64,000 nucleotides of DNA from Acidimicrobiia bacterium (GCA_029210695.1 JARGFH010000013.1:1-64000), one strand, 5' to 3'. Positions 40,832 through 50,750 are shown, numbered from the stretch's first letter. The notes: generated by a model not told the origin, from the letters alone. A program made the numbers and translations.

Positions 40832-42155
40832 GAGCGATCACCTCCTTGAGTAGGGAAATGTAGGCATCGATCTGTTCCTTGGTCCGTTGTTCGGTCAGGG
40901 CGATGAGCAGCCCGTTTTCCAGTTCGGGGTAGTCGGCCGAGAGATCGATCCCGGCGAGGATCCCTTGTTTCGCCATCGCGTCGATGACTATCGCCGGTGC
41001 GACCGGCAACGTAACGGCGAATTCTCTGACATAGGCGGCGGGATGGGCAAGCTTCACACCATCGATCGTGGTTAGACGAGCCGCCAGGTAACGGGCCTTC
41101 TGAGCCGACTGTCTTCCCACCTCGGTCAGGCCGTCGGGGCCGAGCCAGGCCAGCTGAATCGCCACGCCGATGGCGTTCAGAGACTGATTAGTGCAGATAT
41201 TCGATGAAGCCTTCTCTCGCCGGATGTCTTGCTCTCTGGCTCGCAGCGTGAGGACGTACGCCAAGCGACCGCGGTCATCGGTGGTAGTTCCGACCAGCCG
41301 GCCGGGAAGTCGCCTGACCAGACTCTCGGTGACGGCGAACAACCCGACGCCCGGCCCGCCGAAGGTGAGTGGCCCGCCGAGGGGTTGCCCTTCTGCAATA
41401 GCGATGTCTACTCCGGCTTCGCCCGGCGTCCGGAGCAGCCCGAGTGTCATTGGATCGACGACGGCAATCGCCAGGGCGCCACGGGTATGCGCAACTTCAA
41501 CCGCCGACCCGTACGATTCGATGGCGCCGAGATAGTTCGGTTGTGCCACGACGACTGCGGCCGGCGGACCATCTGCATCAGGGTTCCAGTGCGTGACTCC
41601 CGCAACAACCGGATGTTCAACCATTGCGATACCCCGGGCGTGCGCGAATGTTGCGATCGTTTGTCGAACTTGCGGTCCCACGGCCCCCGATACCCAGATC
41701 ACGTTCCGGCGGGTGGCCGCCACTGCCACATTGACTGCTTCCAGGGCGGCTCCGGCGCCGTCATAGACCGATGCGTTGGCAACGTCCATGCCCGTGATGG
41801 CACACACCATCGATTGGTATTCGAACAGTGCCTGGAGAACGCCCTGGCTCACTTCCGGCTGATAGGGCGTATAGGACGTGACGAACTCGGTCCGCAGGTT
41901 CAGCGATCGCACGGTCGGTGGAAGGTAGTGGTCGTAGTGGCCACCACCCGCAAAACAGACCAGATCGTCATTGCGTTCCGCCAGAGCAGTGATGGCGGCG
42001 ACGAGTTCCGGCTCACTAATGCCCGCCGGGAGGTCGAGGTCCCCGACCACGCGTACGAGGTCGGGGAGATGTCCGAACAGATCTTCAACTGAAGAGAGGC
42101 CGACTCGACTCAGCATTGCTTCGATGTCGGCGGCGGTATGCGGTGTGAAATCCAC
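40824..42155 (-). CDS. gcvPA: Glycine dehydrogenase subunit 1
   Basis: SYTPYQPEVSQG, REQDIRREKASSNICTN. Confidence 0.95.
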   Translation of the reverse strand: MDFTPHTAADIEAMLSRVGLSSVEDLFGHLPDLVRVVGDLDLPAGISEPELVAAITALAERNDDLVCFAGGGHYDHYLPPTVRSLNLRTEFVTSYTPYQPEVSQGVLQALFEYQSMVCAITGMDVANASVYDGAGAALEAVNVAVAATRRNVIWVSGAVGPQVRQTIATFAHARGIAMVEHPVVAGVTHWNPDADGPPAAVVVAQPNYLGAIESYGSAVEVAHTRGALAIAVVDPMTLGLLRTPGEAGVDIAIAEGQPLGGPLTFGGPGVGLFAVTESLVRRLPGRLVGTTTDDRGRLAYVLTLRAREQDIRREKASSNICTNQSLNAIGVAIQLAWLGPDGLTEVGRQSAQKARYLAARLTTIDGVKLAHPAAYVREFAVTLPVAPAIVIDAMAKQGILAGIDLSADYPELENGLLIALTEQRTKEQIDAYISLLKEVIAHA

Positions 42156-42156
42156 G

Positions 42157-43206
42157 TCAGTCCTTTCCCACGAACGGAGGTGTGACCCGCCGGGTAGGAT
42201 GCCACGCTCCACGGATTTCGACCTCAATCGGATCGGCGGGAGAGGGCGGAGGGCTCAGATACGCCATGCCGATCCCGTAGCCCAGTGAAGGGCTGAAGTT
42301 GCCGCTTGCCACCACGCCCGTTGCCGATCCGGCGCGGACCGGATAGCCGTGTCGAGGTATCTGCCGGCCCTCCATTGCGAATCCTACGAGCAGCTTGGGC
42401 AGGTCTTCCTTGAGGCGCAGGAGCGAAGGGCGGCCGACGAAACCGTGATCCCAGTCGACGACCCACTCGAGGTCGGCTTCGAGGGGGCTGGTGTCTGCGT
42501 CGAGATCCTGGCCCCACAACGGGTAACCCATCTCGAGGCGCAGCGTATCTCTCGCCCCGAGCCCACAGGCCGTCGCCCCGGCATCGAGGAATGCCCGAAA
42601 TAGGGCCGGGCCCAGGTCACCGTCGACCGCCACCTCTCCCCCTCGTTCTCCCGTGTATCCGGTGCCGGCCGCCCACGCTTCTCTGCCCTCAAAGGAGCCC
42701 GTGACAACCCGGAATCGCCCCGGTCGCTGTCCGATGATCGACTCGATGAGAGCGGGTGCGTTGGGACCCTGGACTGCCAGAAGTGCGGTCGTCTCCTGAA
42801 GGGAGGCGATGGTCACGGCTGCAGGTGCGGCCGCGTGGAAACGGGCAAGGATCGGAGCCTGATTCGCACCGTTCGGAATGACCCAGTAGTGCTCGTCGTC
42901 CCATCGCCAGACAATGATGTCGTCTTCGACTCCTCCCCCATCGTTGAGGGCCATCGTGTACTGGGCTCTACCGGGCACAATCTTGCCGATATCGTTGCAG
43001 AGGAGGCTCCGGAGCAGCTCGGTCGACCCGGCGCCCTGGAGGTCGAATCGTCCGAGGTGAGAGACGTCGAACACGCCGACTTCGTCGCGGACGGCATTGT
43101 GCTCCGCCAACACCCCGTCGTACTGGACCGGCATGTCCCAACCGGAAAAGTCGACAAACTTGGCGCCAAGTTCTTCATGTGTCGCATGGAGCGGGGAACG
43201 CGGCAT
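42157..43206 (-). CDS. gcvT: Glycine cleavage aminomethyltransferase
   Basis: GWDMPVQY, FDVSHLG, TGYTGE, GLGARDTLRLE. Confidence 0.96.
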   Translation of the reverse strand: MPRSPLHATHEELGAKFVDFSGWDMPVQYDGVLAEHNAVRDEVGVFDVSHLGRFDLQGAGSTELLRSLLCNDIGKIVPGRAQYTMALNDGGGVEDDIIVWRWDDEHYWVIPNGANQAPILARFHAAAPAAVTIASLQETTALLAVQGPNAPALIESIIGQRPGRFRVVTGSFEGREAWAAGTGYTGERGGEVAVDGDLGPALFRAFLDAGATACGLGARDTLRLEMGYPLWGQDLDADTSPLEADLEWVVDWDHGFVGRPSLLRLKEDLPKLLVGFAMEGRQIPRHGYPVRAGSATGVVASGNFSPSLGYGIGMAYLSPPPSPADPIEVEIRGAWHPTRRVTPPFVGKD

Positions 43207-43273
43207 AACACCTCCGTTGACTTCCAGAACGAGACTAGACGCGCCGGGGATCCTCGCCGGTCAACCGTCCGTT

Positions 43274-43726
43274 CTACCCGGCTTCGGAGCCTGCCTGATC
43301 GAGTCGGGTTATCTGCGGCGGTCCGGGGATTCGGCTTGGCAGCGAAGCATCGTCTAGTTGACCCGGTTCCTCAAGCCCGTACTTCACGACCAGATGGAGG
43401 TAGTCACGTTGGTAGAGGATCTTGCACCGTATTTCGGGATGGAACTCGAGCAGTCGCCGAACTTTGCGGTTCTTCTTGGTTACGAGCTTCTGGTTCATCG
43501 TGGTGATCTCAATGAACATGTCTTCGTCCGGCAGGTAGAAGTCGGGAGTGAAGAAACTGGTCGGGGTGCCGTCCTCGTCGAACTCGATTTCAAACGAACG
43601 CGGTTCGTAATCCCATGGCAATCCGTAGAAGTCCAGGAGCAACGCGAACTGCCGCTCGCTGTTGTGAGCAAACGGGACGGCATCCGCCGTCGGGCGGCCG
43701 GACCCATCCGGGTGGTGAGTGCTCAG
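43274..43726 (-). CDS. Conserved hypothetical PD-(D/E)XK-like protein (start possibly CTG at 43726)
   Basis: FAHNSERQFALLLDFY…WDYEP…FTPDFYLP…FIEIT. The in-frame FAHNSE segment lies upstream of the tracked TTG. Confidence 0.75.
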   Translation of the reverse strand: MSTHHPDGSGRPTADAVPFAHNSERQFALLLDFYGLPWDYEPRSFEIEFDEDGTPTSFFTPDFYLPDEDMFIEITTMNQKLVTKKNRKVRRLLEFHPEIRCKILYQRDYLHLVVKYGLEEPGQLDDASLPSRIPGPPQITRLDQAGSEAG

Positions 43727-44196
43727 GTGGAGCCTGCCTCGATTGCGCTAACCTCCGGTTGCAGTGAATCGATTTCCGGATAGAGCTCGTGAATCTCTCC
43801 TTCGAGCTCATCCTGGACCGGGCCGACCGCAATTCCGAAGACGCCCTGTCCCTTCCGAAAGACGTCTACGACTTCGTCCGGGCTATGGGCGGCGAAGATG
43901 GTCAGTCCGTCTGAGAGCAACGTGACATCGCGGAGTGGCTGCGCACTTCGAAGCTGTTCCCGGAGAATCTCCATCGCCTGGCGGATCTTTTTAAGGCTCA
44001 TGCCGGCGTCGAGCAGCCGCTTGATGACTTTTAGCTGGATGACATCGGTGAACGAGTAGAGACGCTGCGAGCCCGACCCCTGCGCATTCTGAATAGAGGG
44101 CGTGATCAAGTCCGTGCGCGCCCAATAGTCGAGCTGTCTATATGTGATGCCTACCAGATTGCATACATTGGGGGCTCGGAAGCCGGTCTCAGTCAC
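43723..44196 (-). CDS. MerR family regulator (Rv1830/McdR-like)
   Basis: GITYRQLDYWART, GSGSQRLYSF, GQGVFGIA. Confidence 0.92.
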   Translation of the reverse strand: MTETGFRAPNVCNLVGITYRQLDYWARTDLITPSIQNAQGSGSQRLYSFTDVIQLKVIKRLLDAGMSLKKIRQAMEILREQLRSAQPLRDVTLLSDGLTIFAAHSPDEVVDVFRKGQGVFGIAVGPVQDELEGEIHELYPEIDSLQPEVSAIEAGST

Positions 44197-44221
44197 GATG
44201 CGTTTCCCTTTCGTTGCCCAA

Positions 44222-44239
44222 GGTTACACGCCCGTAATT
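44222..44239. promoter_or_regulatory. Possible autoregulatory site GGTTACAcgccCGTAATT
   Basis: Imperfect palindrome immediately upstream of the MerR gene. Confidence 0.45.
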
Positions 44240-44279
44240 ACCCCAGGGTCACTCAACCTACTCGTGCGAGCGCGCGCCG

Positions 44280-45290
44280 TCAACGATCATCGGAAGACTG
44301 GACGGCCAGCATGTGAATCAGGGCATCGATGTGCTCCCGCGTTCCGATCGCTACCAGCAAGTCGCCGGGCGCGAAAGAGCGGTCGGGATTCGGGTTGAGT
44401 TGAATGCCTTCCTGGTCTGCCTCGATGGCGAGAATCGTGGCGCCGGACAACTCCCTGATACGTGACGTTCGCAGTGTGGCTCCTGCGAGAGGGCTTCCTT
44501 CGGGTACTGCCAGTTGTTCGATCCGGAGTTCCACCAGGTCCCCTTCAACAACCAGATCAACGAATCGGGCCAGGTTGGGGTCGAGTGCCATCGCAGCAAT
44601 GCGCCTGGCTCCCACCGTTTGCGGAGAGACGATCCGGTCGGCCCCCGCCAGGCGCAGCTTCCCAATCGATTCAGGTTCGGTGGCTCTCGAGATCACCAGC
44701 AGATCGGGTTGAATGGATTTCGCCGACAGCACGATGACCAGATTGTCTGAGTCGTCCCTGACGCAGGCAATCAACGAGTGGGCGCGTTTGATGCCGGCAC
44801 TCTCCAATACATCGTTGTGAGTGGCGTCTCCTTCAACGACCAGCGCCCCTGCGGATCTGGCCGCTTCCGCCAGGGTGGGGTTCGTTTCGATCACCACCAC
44901 CTTCTCGGTCCGACGGTGAATGTGCTCCCAGGTAGCGGCACCGACCTTGCCGAATCCGCACACGATGTAGTGGTCGGTGAGATTGTCGATCTGTCTGCTC
45001 ATCCGTGCCGTCCCTCGTCCACCCAGGTTCTCGAGCGCCATTTCCAGGGCTGCGCCGAAAGTGTAGACCGCCGTCCCAACCCCGACGATCATGAGAAGGA
45101 TGGTGACGGCCCGACCAATTCTCGAGAGGTCGATCACCTCTGCGAAACCAACCGTCGTGATGGTGACGACGACCATGTAAAAGGAGTCGAACACTGTTAC
45201 GTCTTCGATGATGACGTAAGCGATCGTCCCGCTGAAGACGATCAGGGCGAGGAAGGCGGCGCCGATCCTGACTCGGGCGACGGCACTCAC
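44280..45290 (-). CDS. Potassium channel protein with RCK (TrkA-N/C) domains
   Basis: Pore motif TITTVGFAE; Rossmann motif VCGFGKVG. Confidence 0.9.
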   Translation of the reverse strand: MSAVARVRIGAAFLALIVFSGTIAYVIIEDVTVFDSFYMVVVTITTVGFAEVIDLSRIGRAVTILLMIVGVGTAVYTFGAALEMALENLGGRGTARMSRQIDNLTDHYIVCGFGKVGAATWEHIHRRTEKVVVIETNPTLAEAARSAGALVVEGDATHNDVLESAGIKRAHSLIACVRDDSDNLVIVLSAKSIQPDLLVISRATEPESIGKLRLAGADRIVSPQTVGARRIAAMALDPNLARFVDLVVEGDLVELRIEQLAVPEGSPLAGATLRTSRIRELSGATILAIEADQEGIQLNPNPDRSFAPGDLLVAIGTREHIDALIHMLAVQSSDDR

Positions 45291-45784
45291 GGGGTGGGCG
45301 GGGCTCCGAAATCCGTTGGAGATACGTCGTCGAGGAACTCCCTAAAGGCCTCTATCTCGTCCTCCTCGGATTCCTCCTCAATCTCAATGCCGGCATCCTC
45401 GAGCACCTGTGCGTCGGCGAAGAGCGGCGCCTCGGTCCGAGCGGCAAGCGCGATGGCGTCGGACGGGCGGGCAGACACGTGGATCTCATCCGTCTCCGTC
45501 CGGAAGACGAGATCGGCGAAGAAGACGTTGTCCCGAAGTTCCGTAACCACTACGCGGTCAACTGCACTTCCAAGCGCGATGACGCTGTCCCGGAAGAGAT
45601 CGTGGGTGAGCGGGCGCTGGTGCTCGACTCCCTCGAGCGCATAAGCGATCGCCGTTGCCTCGATCGCTCCGATCCAGATCGGGAGGTACCGGGTTCCTCC
45701 TCGTTCGCGCAGGAGCACAATCGGCTGATTGGACGGCAATTCGATCCGAACGCCGACCAGGTCCATCGGAACTCCGTTGCTCAT
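45287..45784 (-). CDS. Bifunctional nuclease (DUF151) family protein
   Basis: LPIWIG..EA, RPLTHDL, ARPSDAIALA. Confidence 0.93.
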   Translation of the reverse strand: MSNGVPMDLVGVRIELPSNQPIVLLRERGGTRYLPIWIGAIEATAIAYALEGVEHQRPLTHDLFRDSVIALGSAVDRVVVTELRDNVFFADLVFRTETDEIHVSARPSDAIALAARTEAPLFADAQVLEDAGIEIEEESEEDEIEAFREFLDDVSPTDFGAPPTP

Positions 45785-46365
45785 GCGCTCAGACTATCAC
45801 CGGGATCGGCCAACGCCATGCGGCTCAAAACGTCCGGGTCTTCCGAGAAGGCGGGGAGATCGAGCACGGCCCAGATCGATGCGAGGTTGCGGAACCGACC
45901 GTCCCAGTCCATTCCATAACCAAGGAGAAACTCGTCCCCGACCTCGAACCCCCGGTACTCGAGCGGAGTCTCTACGAGGCGACGCGAGGCCTTGTCGATC
46001 AATGTGGCGGTCGAGAGGCTCGCCACGTCGCGCATTTCGATCATCCGACGAAGCACGTTCAATGTGAGCCCGGTATCAACGATGTCCTCGACGATGACCA
46101 CATGGCGCCCTTCCAAAGACGTCAGGGTGTCCATCGCGATTCGTACCCGCCCGCCTTCACCGAACCGGCTCAGGGCGAGAAAATCAACGTCGAGATCGGC
46201 AGGGATTGCACGGACCAGATCCGCCAGGAACGGAAGTGCACCGTGCAGCACGGCCACAAAGATCGGGAAACGACCCTCGAAGTCGACGCTGATCTGATTC
46301 CCCAGCTCACGTATGCGCGACTCGATGGCGGACTGGGTGATGACCTCGACGACCGGCTCAGTCAT
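45781..46365 (-). CDS. hpt: Hypoxanthine phosphoribosyltransferase
   Basis: VIVEDIVDTGLTL, FLLGYGMD, RNL. Confidence 0.85.
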   Translation of the reverse strand: MTEPVVEVITQSAIESRIRELGNQISVDFEGRFPIFVAVLHGALPFLADLVRAIPADLDVDFLALSRFGEGGRVRIAMDTLTSLEGRHVVIVEDIVDTGLTLNVLRRMIEMRDVASLSTATLIDKASRRLVETPLEYRGFEVGDEFLLGYGMDWDGRFRNLASIWAVLDLPAFSEDPDVLSRMALADPGDSLSA

Positions 46366-47506
46366 TACCCCACAACCAATCCCAATACGCGCTCGCCCAA
46401 GAGAACGCCTCACCGAGGCCGGGCAGCGAGTCCGGTTCGGTGAGTTCGAGACCGACGCGACCGATCTCTTCCATGCCCACTTCCGCGACGACCAGCGGAT
46501 CGCCACCGTCTGAGTATTCAATCACGAGGTCAACCTCTCCGGCGTCTTCCGCACTGGCGAAGTACTCGAGTCCTGCGTTGGCGATCGCGTCGGTGGTACC
46601 TCCCGGCCCGCGCTGCGAGGCGACGACCTGACCAACTGCAACAACATTCAGCAGGCCGAAGGCGCTGTAGCCGTACCGGAGCAAAGCGGCGGCATCTGCG
46701 AAGTGGTCGTTGGAACCCATGACCACCGCATAGAGGCGCCGACCGTCTCGTTCCGCCGCCGCCACCATCGTCAGTTTGGCCTCGTTTGTGAACCCGGTCT
46801 TGACGCCGATGGCGCCTTCGAATGTTCCAAGAAGTGCGTTGGTGGTGGATGCCACCCGCTCCTGGCCGTCCGGCGCGTTCGGAAACGTTGAGGATCGAGT
46901 GCCGACGATGTCGGCGAAGGTGGGGTATTCCATCCCGGTCAGCGCAATCGTCAGTAGATCACGGGCAGACGAGTAGTGACCCTCCTCGTCGAGACCGTGG
47001 GGATTCATGAAGTGGGTGTTCTCCAGCCCAAGCCGGTCCGCCGTCTCGTTCATCATTCGCACGAATCCGCGCTCGGTGCCCCCGACGAATTCGGCGATGG
47101 CGATCGCGGCGTCGTTGGCAGAACGCATGAGCAGTGCCCTGAGCAGGTCTTCCATCTTCCACACCTCACCGGGCACGAGGTCGATCTCCGACTCGCCGAT
47201 CTCGGTGGCGGCTTCGCTGATCACGACTCGATCGTCCAGATCGCTCTTCTCGAGGGCAACGAGTGCCGTCATCATTTTCGTGGTCGATGCCATGGCCCGC
47301 GCCTCGTCCGGGAGTAGCGCACCCAGTTCACGGTCGAACGTGTCGTCCCACAGAAGCCAGGTCTCCGAGCTGATCTCAGGCGGCGAAAGGGGGGCCAACC
47401 CCTCCAGCGGCTGAGTCGGAATGGAGAGGGGCCCGGCATCTGCGCGGGCCGCGGGTGTGAGGACCACGGTGAGGGTGGTGAGGAGGACTATGAGGCGCTG
47501 TATCAC
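46358..47506 (-). CDS. D-alanyl-D-alanine carboxypeptidase (S11)
   Basis: STTK, SAN and KTG motifs; NPHGLD. Confidence 0.93.
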   Translation of the reverse strand: MIQRLIVLLTTLTVVLTPAARADAGPLSIPTQPLEGLAPLSPPEISSETWLLWDDTFDRELGALLPDEARAMASTTKMMTALVALEKSDLDDRVVISEAATEIGESEIDLVPGEVWKMEDLLRALLMRSANDAAIAIAEFVGGTERGFVRMMNETADRLGLENTHFMNPHGLDEEGHYSSARDLLTIALTGMEYPTFADIVGTRSSTFPNAPDGQERVASTTNALLGTFEGAIGVKTGFTNEAKLTMVAAAERDGRRLYAVVMGSNDHFADAAALLRYGYSAFGLLNVVAVGQVVASQRGPGGTTDAIANAGLEYFASAEDAGEVDLVIEYSDGGDPLVVAEVGMEEIGRVGLELTEPDSLPGLGEAFSWASAYWDWLWGND

Positions 47507-48183
47507 TGCGGGAGGGCTTCCCGTAACTCGTCGGATAGGAACAGCTCATAGAGGTGCTCAAACGATTCGGAACCGGTCGACAATGCATCATGCGCACGCC
47601 GCTGCGCTTCCGGCGAGCGGTGACGGCGGAGGGGTTCTGTCAGCGTAATGAGCAAATCGGATGTTCGTTCTGCCGCCAGCATGACGGTTCGGAGGTGCCG
47701 GGCTTCGAGGCCGAGTCCGATGAGCCGGCCGGCCTCGAGACTGATGGCAACGTGCCCATCGTGATACGGTCCCCGTCCGGGCAACAGCCCATGTTCGATC
47801 AGAGCTCGCATCTGCGTGTCGTTGAGTCCCGACCGCGCCAGGACCGCCTCGGCGTTGTACTCACCGTCGGGTTGACCGAGATCCCTGGTCGGGCGAGGTG
47901 CACCGTCCGGCGTCTCTACCGTCGGCTCCTCTCCCCGATCCCACATAGTGAGCTTCGACTTGATCACCTTGAGTGGGAGGAAGTGATCGCGCTGCAGGCG
48001 CAGGATATAGCGCAGGCGCTTCAGGTCGCTCTCGTGGAACTGCCGGTATCCGGATCGACTCCGCCCCGGATGTATCAGGCCCTGGTCCTCGAGAAACCGG
48101 ACCTTTGAAACGGAAACGTCGGGGAACTCCTCCTTGACGAGGTTGATGACCTCACCAATGGTGAGGGCCGGTGAATCAGACAT
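47503..48183 (-). CDS. MerR family regulator (Rv1828-like)
   Basis: EFPDVSVSKVRFLE, SGYRQF, LQRDHFLPLKVIK. Confidence 0.9.
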   Translation of the reverse strand: MSDSPALTIGEVINLVKEEFPDVSVSKVRFLEDQGLIHPGRSRSGYRQFHESDLKRLRYILRLQRDHFLPLKVIKSKLTMWDRGEEPTVETPDGAPRPTRDLGQPDGEYNAEAVLARSGLNDTQMRALIEHGLLPGRGPYHDGHVAISLEAGRLIGLGLEARHLRTVMLAAERTSDLLITLTEPLRRHRSPEAQRRAHDALSTGSESFEHLYELFLSDELREALPQ

Positions 48184-48634
48184 CACCCTTAGCCACAAGG
48201 AGATGGAACTTGCCGATTAGGACCTCGTCACCCGGTTTCAGCCATGCGTCGTCTACTCGCACTTCGTTCGCGTAGGTGCCGTTCGTCGAGCCTGAGTCCT
48301 CGAGCCTGAGCCCTCGATTGTCGAGCACGAACCGGCAGTGCTGGCGCGAAACGGTTATGTCGTCGAGGAAAATATCACTCTCCGGGTGCCGCCCAACGGT
48401 CGTGACCCCGGGTTGAAGCAAGAACGTGAGACCGGCCCGTGGACCTCGCTCGATGACGAGGCCGATACCGTGAACGCCGGGAACCTTTGACGCCTCCGTA
48501 GGGCTCAGCGCGGGGTGTGTCTCTGCGGACACTGGAACAAACACCACCGTCGGTTCATGCTCAATCGCCAACCCACATGAGTCACAGATGGTCGCGTCGT
48601 TGGCAAGGGTTTGCTGGCAGGACGGGCATTCCAT
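48176..48634 (-). CDS. Zinc-ribbon + FHA domain protein (GarA/OdhI-like)
   Basis: CPSC…CDSCG; GRHPESDIFLDDITVSRQH, GSTNGTY. Confidence 0.9.
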   Translation of the reverse strand: MECPSCQQTLANDATICDSCGLAIEHEPTVVFVPVSAETHPALSPTEASKVPGVHGIGLVIERGPRAGLTFLLQPGVTTVGRHPESDIFLDDITVSRQHCRFVLDNRGLRLEDSGSTNGTYANEVRVDDAWLKPGDEVLIGKFHLLVAKGDV

Positions 48635-48721
48635 ACGGGCAATGGTAGCCGGGCCCGACGGGCCTAGTTTTGGTTCGGGTTCTGAGTCCTTGTGCCCCAA
48701 CCGGGCCGATTATCCATGACC

Positions 48722-49105
48722 TCAGTCCGCGATCAGCGCCCCGTAGGCAGTCGCCTCCAACATGGCGTCGAGGCCCGCAGGGTCCTGGAGCCGCAGCTCG
48801 ACAAACCAGCCATCGCCGTATGGATCAGAGTTGACGAGTTCCGGCTGATCGTTGAGCGCCTCGTTTACGGCCGTGACGACACCAGCCAGTGGTGCATAGA
48901 CATCGGCGACCGACTTCGTCGACTCGACCTCGGCGAGTGTCGCTCCCTTGGCGAATTCGGAACCGACCTGTGGTAACTCGACGTATACGATGTCGCCGAG
49001 CGCTTCCTGCGCGTAGTCGGTGATGCCAAGACGAACTACGCCGTCTGCTCTCGCGACGGCCCACTCATGCTCTTCCGTATATCGCCGATCGCCGGGGACG
49101 TTCAT
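48722..49105 (-). CDS. gcvH: Glycine cleavage H protein
   Basis: HEW, GITDYAQ, lipoyl site VESTK, NSDPYGDGW. Confidence 0.96.
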   Translation of the reverse strand: MNVPGDRRYTEEHEWAVARADGVVRLGITDYAQEALGDIVYVELPQVGSEFAKGATLAEVESTKSVADVYAPLAGVVTAVNEALNDQPELVNSDPYGDGWFVELRLQDPAGLDAMLEATAYGALIAD

Positions 49106-49144
49106 CGGATCGCTTCCTCCTGTGTCAAATCACCGGTTCTGAGC

Positions 49145-49729
49145 TTAGCCCGGGCTGGATGTAGCCAGCGCACGTCGAATATCGATTGCGTACAAACCAC
49201 CCACCCAGTAGTACAGGATCAGTCCGACGATGCCGGCGCCCCAGGCCAGAGGTTCGAATAGGCCGGGTAGAACATCTCCGGCTGCTACGTAGAACGCAGG
49301 GATGGCACCGTACAGAAGGAATGTGGCCAGTTTTCCGAGATACCGGACCTCGAGTTTGGTCCTGGTCCGGAGGGCCAGCACCAATGCACCGACCGCGATA
49401 ACGGATTCCCGGATAATCAGCAATGCCGCGAACGACGAAGGTAGAACCCCTGTAGCCCACCCTGCAATCACGGCGGTCGCTACGGCGATCCGATCGGCGA
49501 GGGGATCGAGAAACTTCCCTAGCTCGCTCACCTGGCTCAGCCGTCTGGCCAGATAGCCATCGATCCAATCGGTCCAGCCGATCGCCAGGAGGAGCCAACC
49601 GGCTGCAGCCGGGTTGTCTCGCCCGATGAGCAGCCACAGGAAAACCGGGATCATCAACAGCCTGATGATCGACACCACGTTCGGTATCGTCAGCAGGTTC
49701 CTGTGCCGGCCGTCGGCCCGGTCGTCCAG
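49145..49729 (-). CDS. CDP-alcohol phosphatidyltransferase (PgsA2-like); start uncertain
   Basis: TIPN..S..R, DWIDGYLARR…LGKFLDPLADR. Confidence 0.88.
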   Translation of the reverse strand: MDDRADGRHRNLLTIPNVVSIIRLLMIPVFLWLLIGRDNPAAAGWLLLAIGWTDWIDGYLARRLSQVSELGKFLDPLADRIAVATAVIAGWATGVLPSSFAALLIIRESVIAVGALVLALRTRTKLEVRYLGKLATFLLYGAIPAFYVAAGDVLPGLFEPLAWGAGIVGLILYYWVGGLYAIDIRRALATSSPG

Positions 49730-49737
49730 TTCGGCTC

Positions 49738-50742
49738 CTAGAGGTTGTAGCAGGCGACGAAGTGGCCGTTGCCGAGGTCGTCGAACCCTGGATGATCGCT
49801 GGTTCGGCACTGATCGGTCGCTCGCGGACAGCGTTCGATGAACCGGCACACGGGTGGCGGATTCAGGGCCTTCGAGATTCCACCCTTGATGTCCACCCGC
49901 TCCCTTTTGTAGGCAGGATCCGGCACAGGGACTGCCGAGAGCAGCGCCCGGGTATAGGGATGTTTCGGGTTAGAAAGGAGTTCCTCTGTCGGTGCGATCT
50001 CCACGATCTTGCCCAGGTACATCACCGCGATGCGGTCGCACATATAGCGGGCTACCGCCAGGTCGTGTGTGATGTAGAGGTACGACACGTTGAACTCGTC
50101 TGCCAGCTTCAGCATCAAGTCCATGATCGAGATACGAATGCTCACGTCGAGCATCGAGGTGGGCTCGTCGGCCACAACGAAGGTTGGATCGATCACCAAC
50201 GCCCTGGCAATGGCGACCCGCTGCCGCTGACCGCCGGACAACTCGTGCGGGTAGCGGAAGAGGAACGACTCCGGCGGAGTGAGCCCCACCCGATGGAGTA
50301 GCTCCGCGACTCGCTCTTCTCGCTCCTGGACGCGGCCGATGCGCTGGACGGTGAGTGATTCCGCCACCGTGTCGTACACCGTGCGGCGGGGATTCAGCGA
50401 TTCGAACGGATCCTGGAAGATCATTTGAACTCGCCGACGAAAGCGTCGCATGTCAGAGCGCTGAATGTGGGCGATGTCGATGAGTTCGCCCTTGTCGTCG
50501 AGAAGGATCTGCCCCGACGTGGCCTCGGTGAGCTTCGTCAGCATCCGCCCCGTGGTGCTTTTGCCGCAACCGGACTCACCGACGAGCCCGAGCGATTCGC
50601 CGGGCGCGATCTCGAAGCTGATGTCGTCGACTGCATGAACGAAGTCGTGAGCTTCCCGGAAAATGCTCTTTGAAACGGGGAACAACTTCCGGAGGTTCTC
50701 GACCTTCACCAGGGGGCTCGTTTGGGTTGTGACGTCGCTCAT
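49738..50742 (-). CDS. Oligopeptide/dipeptide ABC ATP-binding protein (OppF/DppF-like)
   Basis: GESGCGKST, LSGGQRQR, HPYT, C-terminal Cys cluster. Confidence 0.93.
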   Translation of the reverse strand: MSDVTTQTSPLVKVENLRKLFPVSKSIFREAHDFVHAVDDISFEIAPGESLGLVGESGCGKSTTGRMLTKLTEATSGQILLDDKGELIDIAHIQRSDMRRFRRRVQMIFQDPFESLNPRRTVYDTVAESLTVQRIGRVQEREERVAELLHRVGLTPPESFLFRYPHELSGGQRQRVAIARALVIDPTFVVADEPTSMLDVSIRISIMDLMLKLADEFNVSYLYITHDLAVARYMCDRIAVMYLGKIVEIAPTEELLSNPKHPYTRALLSAVPVPDPAYKRERVDIKGGISKALNPPPVCRFIERCPRATDQCRTSDHPGFDDLGNGHFVACYNL

Positions 50743-50750
50743 CGGCTCAC

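Noticed and set aside
43207..43273. Glycine riboswitch upstream of gcvT
   Set aside because: The gap is too short and lacks the GGAGA…CCGAAG…CTCTCAGG motifs.
45090..45180. Aberrant K+ filter TVGFAE as a novelty
   Set aside because: Filter variants are common in prokaryotic RCK channels; not distinctive without an alignment.
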